Below are positions 51,831-61,038 of a DNA stretch of 64,000 nucleotides, piece after piece. Within the stretch, counting starts at the first letter, position 1. The number at the start of each line of letters is the position of its first letter. Source of the stretch: an uncultured Gemmatimonadales bacterium (GTDB taxonomy: Bacteria > Gemmatimonadota > Gemmatimonadetes > Gemmatimonadales > GWC2-71-9); assembly GCA_963821525.1 (NCBI GenBank), contig CAWGED010000012.1, positions 32,001 through 96,000 of the forward strand. The letters run 5' to 3'. The notes beneath the pieces are model-generated. The model was not told the DNA's origin. It searched no databases and worked only from the letters and a program-made list of their open reading frames with translations. Both the position numbers and the translations under genes were made by a program.

Positions 51831-53021
51831 TTTTTCCCTAAGCCCCAGCCCCACAGTCGCGATCGCACACATCGTCCCGCCCAAGGCGAGCGAAGTACGC
51901 ACGCCGAGGTGCTCGGATATCCAGCCCGCCTGAAGCGAGCCGAATGGCGCCATCCCCAGGACCATCAGCGAGTAGAAGCCCATGACTCGGCCGCGGAGAT
52001 CGTCGGGCGCCTGGGTCTGGAGCAGCGAGTTGGTCATCACGTTGTTGAGAATCATGCTGCATCCGGCCACGCCGAGCAGGAAGGCGGCGATCCAATACTG
52101 GGATACCAGCGCGACCAGGGCGAGCGCAGTGCTGAACATGAGGCCGCCGAATCGAATCAGAGTCGAGCCCTTGGCCCGCGAGCCCAGTGCTGCCATCGCG
52201 AGCGCTCCGATGCTGGCCCCCAGGCCCACCGCGGACATCAGTCCGCCGTAGCCCGTGGCGCCGACGCCGAGGACATTCTGGGCGTAGACCGGGAGCATCG
52301 GCAGAAAGGAAAAACCGAAGACGCTGAAAGCGGCGGTAAGGAGCAACAACGAACGGGGGACTTTCTCCCCCATCGCGTAGCGTACTCCCTCCTGAAAGGT
52401 CCCCTGCCCCTCGACCTGCCGTCCCTCTCCCCTGATCACCCCACGCATCGAGAGAAAAGCGATGATCACCGCGAGAAAGCTCGTGGCATTGGCAAAGAAG
52501 CAGGCGGCAAGACCCACCGCGGCAATCAGAGCCGCCGCGATCACCGGCCCGATGATCCGGGAGAGGTTGAAGACCGATGAGTTGAGCGCGATCGCGTTGA
52601 GCAGGTCCTCCCTCCCCACCATCTCGATCACGAACGACTGGCGGAAGGGCACTTCGAAGGCGGAAAGCGTGCCCAGAAAGACGGCTAGCGCCATGACCCA
52701 GGCGACGGTCACCCGTCCGGTCGCAGTCAGAATCCCGAGCGTGAGCGCCTCGCACATCATGAGGCTCTGAAACAGGATGATTCCCCGGTGCTTGTTGACC
52801 CGGTCCGCCAGCACTCCGCCGTAGAGCGTGAAGGCCAGGATTGGCAACGAGCCGAGGGTGCTGACCAGCCCGACTTTGAACGGGGAATTGGTCAGCTGCA
52901 GCACCAGCCATCCCTGGGCCACGGTCTGCATCCAGGTCCCGCAGAGAGAAATGAACTGGCCAGCGAAGAAGAGACGAAAATTCCGGTGACGGAGTGCGGT
53001 GAAGGGGTTGGGGGTGGGCAC
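51825..53021 (-). CDS. MFS transporter (MFS_3-like)
   Basis: ALRHRNFRLFF.GQ, GTWMQ, NAIALNS, RGRVMG; about 12 TM. Confidence 0.93.
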   Translation of the reverse strand: MPTPNPFTALRHRNFRLFFAGQFISLCGTWMQTVAQGWLVLQLTNSPFKVGLVSTLGSLPILAFTLYGGVLADRVNKHRGIILFQSLMMCEALTLGILTATGRVTVAWVMALAVFLGTLSAFEVPFRQSFVIEMVGREDLLNAIALNSSVFNLSRIIGPVIAAALIAAVGLAACFFANATSFLAVIIAFLSMRGVIRGEGRQVEGQGTFQEGVRYAMGEKVPRSLLLLTAAFSVFGFSFLPMLPVYAQNVLGVGATGYGGLMSAVGLGASIGALAMAALGSRAKGSTLIRFGGLMFSTALALVALVSQYWIAAFLLGVAGCSMILNNVMTNSLLQTQAPDDLRGRVMGFYSLMVLGMAPFGSLQAGWISEHLGVRTSLALGGTMCAIATVGLGLREKT

Positions 53022-53040
53022 GGAGGAAGGGTAATAAGAC

Positions 53041-53160
53041 CGGGAACGGGAACAGGGAGACAGGGGAACGGCGGAACGGGGGAACGGGTTGAACGGGAGG
53101 CCCGAAGGTGGGTATGCATTCAGTAACGGCCTGTTCCCGGTTCCCTGTTCCCCGTTCCCG
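53041..53160. repeat. Inverted (GGGAACR)-type tracts between divergent genes
   Basis: cgggaacgggaacagggagacaggggaacg... versus ctgttcccggttccctgttccccgttcccg. Confidence 0.85.
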
Positions 53161-53169
53161 CTTCTGGCA

Positions 53170-54462
53170 ATGCGCTTCACCACCTACTCCAAGTTCGTTC
53201 CCGGCCTCGCCGAGGCGGTGAATCTCCAGTCGTTGCTGGATGAGCTGGGAGATTTCCTGCTACAGTCGGGCTTTACGGGCGGGGGCGGGGAGTTCTGGGG
53301 AGACGAAGGGGAAGACCGGTCGCTCGAGTCGCTCCGGCAGGCCATTCTGCAGGCGCTGATCGACTCGGGACAGCTCACGCCCGAGATGCTGCAAGGACCT
53401 GCGGGGAGAGCCGGCGAAGAATCCGGCCGGCCAGCGGCAGATCGAGCAGGACCTGGCTCAGTTGCTGGACGAGATCGTCCAGCGGCTCATGGAGGAGGGG
53501 TACCTCAACCTCGAGCAGGCGCCTCAGATGCCGGCCGGGCTATAGCTCACTCTATGGGCCGGGAGGGCAGGCGGCATCGGCGGCGCGGCAGATCCAGTTC
53601 AATCTCACCGAGAAGGGCATCGACTTCCTCGGCTACAAGACCCTCAAGGGCCTCCTCGGCAGCATCGGCAAGTCGAGCTTCGGCGCCCACGAAACTCCGC
53701 ACCTGGCCACCGGCATCGAGGCGGAGGCGGTGAGCAAGCCGTACGAATTCGGCGACACGATGAACCTGGACGTACCCGCGACGCTCGTCACGCGCCATCG
53801 GCCGCGAAGGACTCGAGGTTCCGCATCACCGCTGGAGTACGACGACCTCATGGTGCACCAGGCCGAGTATCGCTCGTCGGCCGCGACGGTGCTCATGCTC
53901 GACTGCTCGCACTCGATGATCCTCTACGGCGAGGACCGCTTCACCCCCGCCAAGAAGGTGGCGCTGGCGCTGACCCACCTGATCCGGACCCAGTATCCCG
54001 GGCGACTCGATTCGGTGTCGTCCTGTTCCACGACACCGCGGAGGAGATTCCGCTCGCGGCACTCGCCACGACGCAGGTCGGGCCCTATCACACCAACACC
54101 GCGGAAGGGCTGCAAGCTGGCGCGCCGGATCCTCACTGGCCAGAAGAAGGACATGAAGCAGATCATCATGATCACCGACGGCAAGCCGTCGGCACTCACG
54201 ATGCCGGACGGGCGGGTCTACATGAATTCGATGGGGCTCGACCCGATGATCCTGCAGGCGACCTATCGCGAGGTGGCGCAACTGCCGGCGGGCGGGCATC
54301 ATGATCAACACCTTCATGCTGGCGCGGGACCGGCACCTGGTCGAGTTCGTGAAGAAGATGTCGCAGATCTGCCGCGGCAAGGCGTACTTCACGACTACCA
54401 TGACGCTGGGCCAGTTCATCCTGATGGACTTCATGAAGCGGAAGACCCGGAGAGTGTCGTGA
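53170..54462 (+). CDS. VWA domain protein (multiple frameshifts)
   Basis: MIDAS DCSHSM, ITDGKP, YEFGD..NLD; probable partner of the AAA ATPase at 49513. Confidence 0.85.
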
Positions 54463-54531
54463 ACGGGAGACGGGAGACGTAAGACGTGAGAACGTCTAAC
54501 GTCTCACCCTCTCACGTCTCACGTCTCACCC
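54463..54531. repeat. Inverted heptamer tracts (AGACGKG)n ... (CTCACGT)n
   Basis: acgggagacgggagacgtaagacgtgag ... gtctcaccctctcacgtctcacgtctcacc. Confidence 0.9.
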
Positions 54532-54538
54532 TCCCCTC

Positions 54539-55987
54539 TTAATTCCCCGGCTGCACTCCTCCCACCACTCGCTTGATCTTCTGCCCAGCCTCGAGCTTGG
54601 TATCGGTCTGAATTCCGTTGATGATCGCCACCTGCTCGATCGGGATGCTGGAGGGATGCTGTTGGTAATACTCCGCCAGCGTCATGGCTTGTCCACCTTC
54701 TCCACACTCACCCGGGCCGGCTCGACGTGGAGAACCTTGGGGTCGCTGACCCCACGGAAACTGTTCATGCTCTTCAGGAACGCTTGCTCATGCTCGCCGT
54801 AGTTATTCGCGTTCGCGTACCCAAGGAAGCGGTACGTCACTGCCAGAGTATGAGATGAAGGTCACCAGACCCCGCAGCTGGCCCTGATCGGTCTGGGCAG
54901 AAAACTGCGTCTGGGTTGCCGGACTGCCGTTAATCGTAATGTTGCGCGGCGTACCAGTCTGCACTTTCTCGTTGGCCATGAACTTTTTCAGCGCATCCGC
55001 AGGGCTGTCGTTGCCGGCCCCCGCCAGCTCCAGGATGGCGTTCTTCTCGGGGCTGATCGCGGCAACCGCCTGATCGGTGTTCTTGGTTGGCCAGTCGGGC
55101 GGGAAATCCAGCGCAAAGGCGAGTGCGGGGTGGATGAACGTGGTCCCGGTGAAATAGCCCTTCCGGGGATCGTCGCCGAACACCATGCCGTCGATGATCG
55201 CGAGGAACGCATCCTGATTGACCCGGGCGCTGTCCAGCGGCTTCGTCACCGTCTTGAGTCTGGCTTCGGTCGCCTCGATCCGGTTGCCGGGATCCGGGTG
55301 AGTGGACTGCCACTCCGGAATCGTGCTCCCCCCGCTCACCCGCTGCAGGATCTGAAACATGTCGACCATTTTCCTCACGTCGTAGCCGTCATTCAGGGCG
55401 TACTTGAACCCCAGCTCGTCGGCCTGACTTTCGGCATCCCGGTCGTACTTGAGGAAGAGCAGACCAAGTCCAGATCTCAGCTCGTCGAGGTGTTTGGCCA
55501 CCTGTGTCGAAGCGATGGCACCGGCCACGAGCGCCACCTGCCCCATCTGCTCGCGGGTTATCTGCTGCACCGAGTGCTTGGCGTTGACGTGGCCGATCTC
55601 GTGACCTATGACCGTGGCCATCTCCGCTTCGGAGTTCATGTGCGTCAGGATGCCACGGGTGATGAAGATGTAGCCGCCCGGAAGCGCAAAGGCGTTCACC
55701 GCCGGATCGTCCATGACGGTGAACTCCCAGGGAAGCTGAGGTCGCTCGCCCTCCGAAGCCAGTCGCTTCCCGATCGTGCTCACATACTCCTGAACCTTGG
55801 GATCGTCATAGACGCCCATCTGTGCCTTGACGGCCGCGGCATTTTCCTTCCCGATCTCGATCTCCTGGCTCTCGGAAACCGTGGAGAATTCTTTCTTGCC
55901 GGTCGCCGGATTGGTGGCGCAGGTCGCAAGGCCGAGACCACTGAACAGCAGTAGCGCTGGTATCCCAAGGTACCTCGTGCTAGCCAT
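54539..55987 (-). CDS. M48 family metalloprotease lipoprotein (frameshifts in 3' part)
   Basis: Lipobox LATC, NAFALPGG, HEIGH, E..AD, STHP. Confidence 0.9.
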
Positions 55988-56073
55988 CGCAATGCTCCTT
56001 TCACGCGTTCCAGACCGCATCCCTCCGGGGGCGATCCGTGCTGCCTGACGCAGCAAGGAATCCCATCACTGCC

Positions 56074-58179
56074 CTACTGCTGCAATTCGTCCGCGAGGCC
56101 CTTCGCCCCATACACCTTCCGCAGCGACTCGACGATCGCGCGGGAGTCCACCCACACCGAGCGGGCTATCCGCTCGGTGAACAGGAACCGGTTGGGCAGC
56201 ATCTCGATGTTGCCGTCGAAGATGAGACCCACCACTTCGGCATCCCGGTTGATGACCGGACTGCCCGAGTTGCCGCCGATGATGTCCGCGGTGGACACCC
56301 CGTTGAACTGCAACGAGAGATCGATGGAATCCTTCGCCGCCTTCCACCGCGGCGGGAGGTCGAATGGCGGCACGCCGCCGAAGGACGCCTCCCGGTCATA
56401 CAGTCCGTAGAAGGTGGTAAAGGGCGGCGCGAGCGTCCCGTTCATCGGATAACGCTTCACCTCGCCGTCGGAGATCCGCAGGCTGAAGGTGGCGTCCGGC
56501 GACATGCTCCCACCGTAGACGGCGAGGAAAGCCCGAGCGATGCGCTCGTTGTCCGCGGCCTCCCGGTCGTTGAGGGCGTTGACTTCCTTCGTCATGGCGC
56601 GCTCCAGCGGATCGATCACCCGCGCCAGCGCGATGAACGGATCGGCGGACGCCGCGGCCGCCGACGCACCGCCGTCTCCCAAAGCCTTGCGCTGGTCTCC
56701 CGTCACGATAGCGCTGGCACTCACCATTTCCTTGGCGGCCGCGTCCGGGGTGCGGCCAGCAAGCGCCTGCTTGAGAACCGGATCGGTCGCGGGCAGCTCC
56801 TTCTGCATCGCGGTGAGATAGGCGGTGAGCAACGCGGTTTCGGTTTCGGGATCGATCGGCGTCGTGCTGAAGAGGGCCTTCTCCAGGACGGCCTTGTTGG
56901 CATCCTGGTAAGCGGGCAACCGTGCGGAATCAGGCTTCGCGGTTTCCACCGGGTAGCGGATGGTCCCCATGGCAAGGTTGAGCAGCTTCGATCCGTAGGC
57001 GTTGGCCGCGTAGTAACGGCGGCGCATGTCGATCTGGCGGAACCGCGCCCGGATCTGGGCAATGTCGCTCCAGGCGCTGGCATACTGGCTCCGCAGCTTC
57101 GGATCGGCTTTCACCTTGGCGAGGAATTCGGTCTCCCACTTCCGCTTCTGATCCATGAGCTTGGGATCGAGCAGGCCCGACTGGTAGCCGGTGATCGCCT
57201 TCTGGGTGTTCTCCAGGCCGAAAATCGTGTTGCGGAGCGTCATCCCGCGCGCCGAATCGGCGTCGGCCAGCGCATGGTAGGTCGTGATCTGACGGTGCAG
57301 CTGATCGAGCTGCGCCGGATACTGGACGTCCCGCAGGTATTCCAGCTGGGCCATCGTGTTGAGGCGGCCGGTCGAACCGGGATTGCCGACCACGAAGACC
57401 AGGTCACCTTCCTTTGAGCCGGCCTTGCTCCAGGAGAAGTGATGCTGCGCGGTGTTGGCGGGCTGGCCATTATCATACGCCCGCACGAAGCTCATGTCGA
57501 GATTGAAGCGCGGGTAGGTGAAGTTGTCCGGGTCCCCGCCGAAGAAGGCGATCTGCTCCTCGGGGGCGAAGACCAGCCGGATATCCTTGTACCGCTTGAA
57601 CCGGTAGAGCTTGTACTGGCCGCCCCGGTACATGCTCACCACCTGGCAGGAAGCGTCTTCCGCGGTCTTCCCGCATTCCTCCTCGATCGCATGGGTCACC
57701 TTGGCTCGTTCCGCGGCCGCGGTCTTGGGATCCATCTTCGGCGTGGCCGCCGCCGACACCCGGTCGGTCACATCGGTGATCTCCTGAAGCTCGTCGAGGA
57801 AGAGGCCGGGGCAGGCGCGCTCATCCTCCCGCTTCGCGGCGTAGAAGCCATTGGACAGGAAGTCCTCCCCCGTCTTGGCGCTGCCTTCGATGCAGGCCCG
57901 GGCACAGTGGTGATTACTCATCACCAGTCCGTTCCCCGAGACAAACGATGCGGTGCAGCCGTTGCCGTAGCGCAGCGCCGACAGCTGGACATGGTTCATC
58001 CAGTCGTCGCTGGGGGTGAACTGGTATCGCTTCGCCCAATACTCCTTCGGGGGATTGTCGAAGGTCCACATCTTCCCGGTTTCGAGACCGGGGTATTCCC
58101 CCTCGGGGGTGGCCTGGCCAGGGAGGCGTGCAGGCAGCAGGACCAGGAGGAGTAGAACCAGGCGTGTCAGGGTGCGCAT
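56074..58179 (-). CDS. S46 family peptidase (dipeptidyl peptidase)
   Basis: GCTASFVS, NHHC, DIIGGNSGSP, FDGN. Confidence 0.95.
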   Translation of the reverse strand: MRTLTRLVLLLLVLLPARLPGQATPEGEYPGLETGKMWTFDNPPKEYWAKRYQFTPSDDWMNHVQLSALRYGNGCTASFVSGNGLVMSNHHCARACIEGSAKTGEDFLSNGFYAAKREDERACPGLFLDELQEITDVTDRVSAAATPKMDPKTAAAERAKVTHAIEEECGKTAEDASCQVVSMYRGGQYKLYRFKRYKDIRLVFAPEEQIAFFGGDPDNFTYPRFNLDMSFVRAYDNGQPANTAQHHFSWSKAGSKEGDLVFVVGNPGSTGRLNTMAQLEYLRDVQYPAQLDQLHRQITTYHALADADSARGMTLRNTIFGLENTQKAITGYQSGLLDPKLMDQKRKWETEFLAKVKADPKLRSQYASAWSDIAQIRARFRQIDMRRRYYAANAYGSKLLNLAMGTIRYPVETAKPDSARLPAYQDANKAVLEKALFSTTPIDPETETALLTAYLTAMQKELPATDPVLKQALAGRTPDAAAKEMVSASAIVTGDQRKALGDGGASAAAASADPFIALARVIDPLERAMTKEVNALNDREAADNERIARAFLAVYGGSMSPDATFSLRISDGEVKRYPMNGTLAPPFTTFYGLYDREASFGGVPPFDLPPRWKAAKDSIDLSLQFNGVSTADIIGGNSGSPVINRDAEVVGLIFDGNIEMLPNRFLFTERIARSVWVDSRAIVESLRKVYGAKGLADELQQ

Positions 58180-58213
58180 GAGTGAGATGGGTTGGAGTGA
58201 GAGAATCGTCGCA

Positions 58214-59635
58214 TCAATGATCGAGGGATCTGCCTTCGAGACTGATGTTCTCGTCTCCCGGCTCGTACCGCACATACACCAGGATGAACTGGAACATCTC
58301 GTCGGTCGTCTTCATGCTCCCCATGTGATCCTGTACCGTCTGGGGCGGCTTGAACGGATTCAACGGGTTGTTGCTGGTGTTGTCGTAGACGCCTTCGGCC
58401 CGGATCACGCTCCCCCGCGGAATGTGCAGCAGGGTCTTCGGCTTGTAGGCGTACTGCCAGCGGAAGTCCCATTTCCGCAGCCGGATCAGCGGAATGGTGT
58501 CTCGCTGCGGGGTGACCGCGTAGGCCACGAAGGACTGCCCCAGCAGGTGCATGTGCGGCGTCATCGTGACGATCGAGATGTCGGCCGGAATGGTGCCTTC
58601 GGTATAGACAGTCTTCACCGTGTTGGGCGGGATGACCAGGTCGGGCATCACCTTGGTCGCGCCCACCGTTCCCATCACCAGGTCATACAAATGCCGCCGG
58701 GGCGGCGTCTTGCCGTAGAAGATGTTGAAGTATGACCGGTCGCTGTCGGGAACAAACGATGGACCGTAGTGGATCTGATTCAGGACCAGAGCACCCTGCT
58801 TCGGCAGCGGAAAGCTGCCAACATCCTCCGGCAATACCCTGGGCTGCGCACCGGGTAGGTAATTCACCAGCGACAGCAGCAGCGGTGGAAACGATCCGTC
58901 GTCATTGAGGAGATCCAGCTTCTTCAGGTCGTCCATGTTGTGGTAGGCATCGTCCACATAGGCCATCTGGCCCCTGAAGATGTCCTTCTTGCCGCCGGGC
59001 GGATACACGAGCAGGTGCCCGTTCATGTGGTGCACCAGGCGGGGATTCCCCGGAACGAACTCGATGGCCCGGACGAAGGTGTCGCGGGGAATCTCGAACG
59101 GGATCTTGAGCGTGACGAAATGATCGGCACCGTCTCCCGGGATCTTGTAAGTCCTCGGCATCCGCAGAACCAGGTCGGGCTTGCCGAGTTTGGAGCCGGT
59201 CGGGAACGAGGGTGGTGGAGCGAGATGAGTCGTGTCCCCGGCGGCGGCACCGCTCTCCGCCCAGCGCGCGATGATCGCGATCTCCCGATCCGTCAGCACC
59301 CGCTCATCCGCGAAATGGCTGTAGGTCGGGTCCGCCGGCCAGGGCGGCATGGTGCGGGCCTTGACCCGTTCGGCGATCACCGCCGCGTGACTCGCCGCGT
59401 CGGCGTAGGTCAGCAGGGGAAACGGCGCCGGCTGGCCCGGCCGATGGCACTCGGTGCAGTTGCGATACAGGATCGGGGCGACGTGATCCGTGTAAGTGAC
59501 TGAATTCGGGACAGGCTCTGGCGGGGGAGCAGAGGCCGCCGGGACGGCGCGGCCCCGAGTGAAGACGAGCAGGATTATTACGCCCAGCGCGAGGACCAGC
59601 CCCGCGCTGGTAATCACCAGTTTAGACCTTGGCAT
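58214..59635 (-). CDS. Heme-c plus copper type II (PHM/DBH-like) monooxygenase domain protein
   Basis: CTECH, MPPW, VHHM, QIHY, PHMH, WDFRWQ, DEM. Confidence 0.82.
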   Translation of the reverse strand: MPRSKLVITSAGLVLALGVIILLVFTRGRAVPAASAPPPEPVPNSVTYTDHVAPILYRNCTECHRPGQPAPFPLLTYADAASHAAVIAERVKARTMPPWPADPTYSHFADERVLTDREIAIIARWAESGAAAGDTTHLAPPPSFPTGSKLGKPDLVLRMPRTYKIPGDGADHFVTLKIPFEIPRDTFVRAIEFVPGNPRLVHHMNGHLLVYPPGGKKDIFRGQMAYVDDAYHNMDDLKKLDLLNDDGSFPPLLLSLVNYLPGAQPRVLPEDVGSFPLPKQGALVLNQIHYGPSFVPDSDRSYFNIFYGKTPPRRHLYDLVMGTVGATKVMPDLVIPPNTVKTVYTEGTIPADISIVTMTPHMHLLGQSFVAYAVTPQRDTIPLIRLRKWDFRWQYAYKPKTLLHIPRGSVIRAEGVYDNTSNNPLNPFKPPQTVQDHMGSMKTTDEMFQFILVYVRYEPGDENISLEGRSLDH

Positions 59636-59696
59636 TCATCCGGCAGTTCAGGGACGTCTGGGAGCAGTCCTCAAAGATAGCCGGATGGCACCGGTC

Positions 59697-60266
59697 TCAG
59701 GCAGCCAGCTTGGGCCAGAGCCACCCGAAGGAGCCGGCCGTCATTCCGGCGTAGATCAGCCCGTCCACCATGTCCTTGATCGTGATGCTCCAGGGCCGCC
59801 CCATCCAGATGGAACCGGAGGGGGTAGCGCCGGCGTACCCCAGCCAGGCCGCCAGTCCTACCACCTTGAAGACCGTCAGGTACTCGGTTCCCGGTGGAAA
59901 GACGCGGGCAGCCAGGCACGCCACAACCAGCGAGATGAAGAGATTGTAGAGGAACCATTTCCCCAGCATCGGGCCCATACTGGGGAGACCGGGCTTGATG
60001 ATCGTCAGCACGGCGTTGGGCCCCTCGGCGTACTTCTTCTGCATCTCCGGCTCGCCCATCTTCTTCATGTCGCTGCAGAAGGGGAGGATGTACATCGCAG
60101 GCGGCGGGTTCCCCTTGCGGATCGCCGCACGCACCTCGTCCTCGTTCTGCAGGGCCTTGTAGTCACCCTTGTGCCACTGGATGAGCATGTGGATGATCGA
60201 GCTGGCCACGAACACCAGAATTGCCGAGAGAAGAATCGGAACCCAGAGTTGAGCGAGCGAAACCAT
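59697..60266 (-). CDS. Hypothetical membrane protein
   Basis: About 4 TM; SSIIHM...WH. Confidence 0.8.
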   Translation of the reverse strand: MVSLAQLWVPILLSAILVFVASSIIHMLIQWHKGDYKALQNEDEVRAAIRKGNPPPAMYILPFCSDMKKMGEPEMQKKYAEGPNAVLTIIKPGLPSMGPMLGKWFLYNLFISLVVACLAARVFPPGTEYLTVFKVVGLAAWLGYAGATPSGSIWMGRPWSITIKDMVDGLIYAGMTAGSFGWLWPKLAA

Positions 60267-60296
60267 ATTTCCTCGGTGTGGAGGGTGAGATGGTAC

Positions 60297-60385
60297 AGTA
60301 CCTAGTACCTAGTACCGAGTACCTAGAACCGAGTACTGACCGAGCACTAGGTACTAGGTACTCGGTACTCGTTACTCGGTACTGA
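60297..60385. repeat. Inverted heptamer tracts (AGTACCK)n ... (GGTACTM)n
   Basis: agtacctagtacctagtaccgagtacctagaaccgagtact ... taggtactaggtactcggtactcgttactcggtactga. Confidence 0.93.
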
Positions 60386-60405
60386 GTGGAAATTACCCGC
60401 TAGTT

Positions 60406-60972
60406 CTACCGCCAGTTCCCCAATTCGTCAAGCGGCTGCACTGCTCGGCGCATGATCATGCAAAGCCAGAGTCCGTAGCCCAGTGAGACGAGCAGGCAGA
60501 TCAGGGCGAGCAGCCGAAGGCCGTTCGCGATCCGGGTGTCATACTGCAATGCACCGAACCGGCCCAGCAGGTAGGCCCAATCGTGCTGGGGGTCGCCGCC
60601 GAAGCCCACCAGGTCCAGGTCGAATGACCGCGCGTCTCCGACGTAGCGCGCGAGGTCGAGCAGGCTCGAGCTCAACCAGGCACCCGCGGCGCTGAGGCCG
60701 AAGTAGTCGTTGTAGTAGTAGAGAAGTGCGCCGGCGCCGATCGGGATCAGGAGCTGGTTGAGGCTTCCACCTGCCACACCCATGAACTCGCCGAAGAAGG
60801 AGAAGACGAGGTGGCCCAGCTCGTGGACCCCGAACGTGATGCCGGCGAAGAGCCCACCCGCGTCAGGATCCCGAAGATGCCGCAGCCCGTCCCAGCCCAG
60901 CAGGGCGAGCACAGCCAATCGCCAGTAGGGAGATCGGCCGTGTGCCCAGGCTTTAGCGTTAGCAAGGAGCAT
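60406..60972 (-). CDS. Membrane protein with HExxH (M50-like)
   Basis: VHELGH in TM context, Y..DAR, HDW..LL. Confidence 0.75.
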   Translation of the reverse strand: MLLANAKAWAHGRSPYWRLAVLALLGWDGLRHLRDPDAGGLFAGITFGVHELGHLVFSFFGEFMGVAGGSLNQLLIPIGAGALLYYYNDYFGLSAAGAWLSSSLLDLARYVGDARSFDLDLVGFGGDPQHDWAYLLGRFGALQYDTRIANGLRLLALICLLVSLGYGLWLCMIMRRAVQPLDELGNWR

Positions 60973-60977
60973 GGAGA

Positions 60978-61038
60978 TCAGTACCTAGTACCGAGTACCG
61001 AGCTGCCGCAATCGCTGACGGCTGACGGCTGATGGCTA
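60978..61038. repeat. Mixed heptamer junction (AGTACCK)3 ... (GCTGAYG)3
   Basis: tcagtacctagtaccgagtaccgag ... gctgacggctgacggctgatggcta. Confidence 0.9.

Noticed and set aside
56038..57417. Long antisense ORFs (e.g. 459 aa here, 466 aa at 43484-44884, 453 aa at 8843-10204)
   Set aside because: Shadow ORFs expected from high-GC codon bias opposite well-supported genes.
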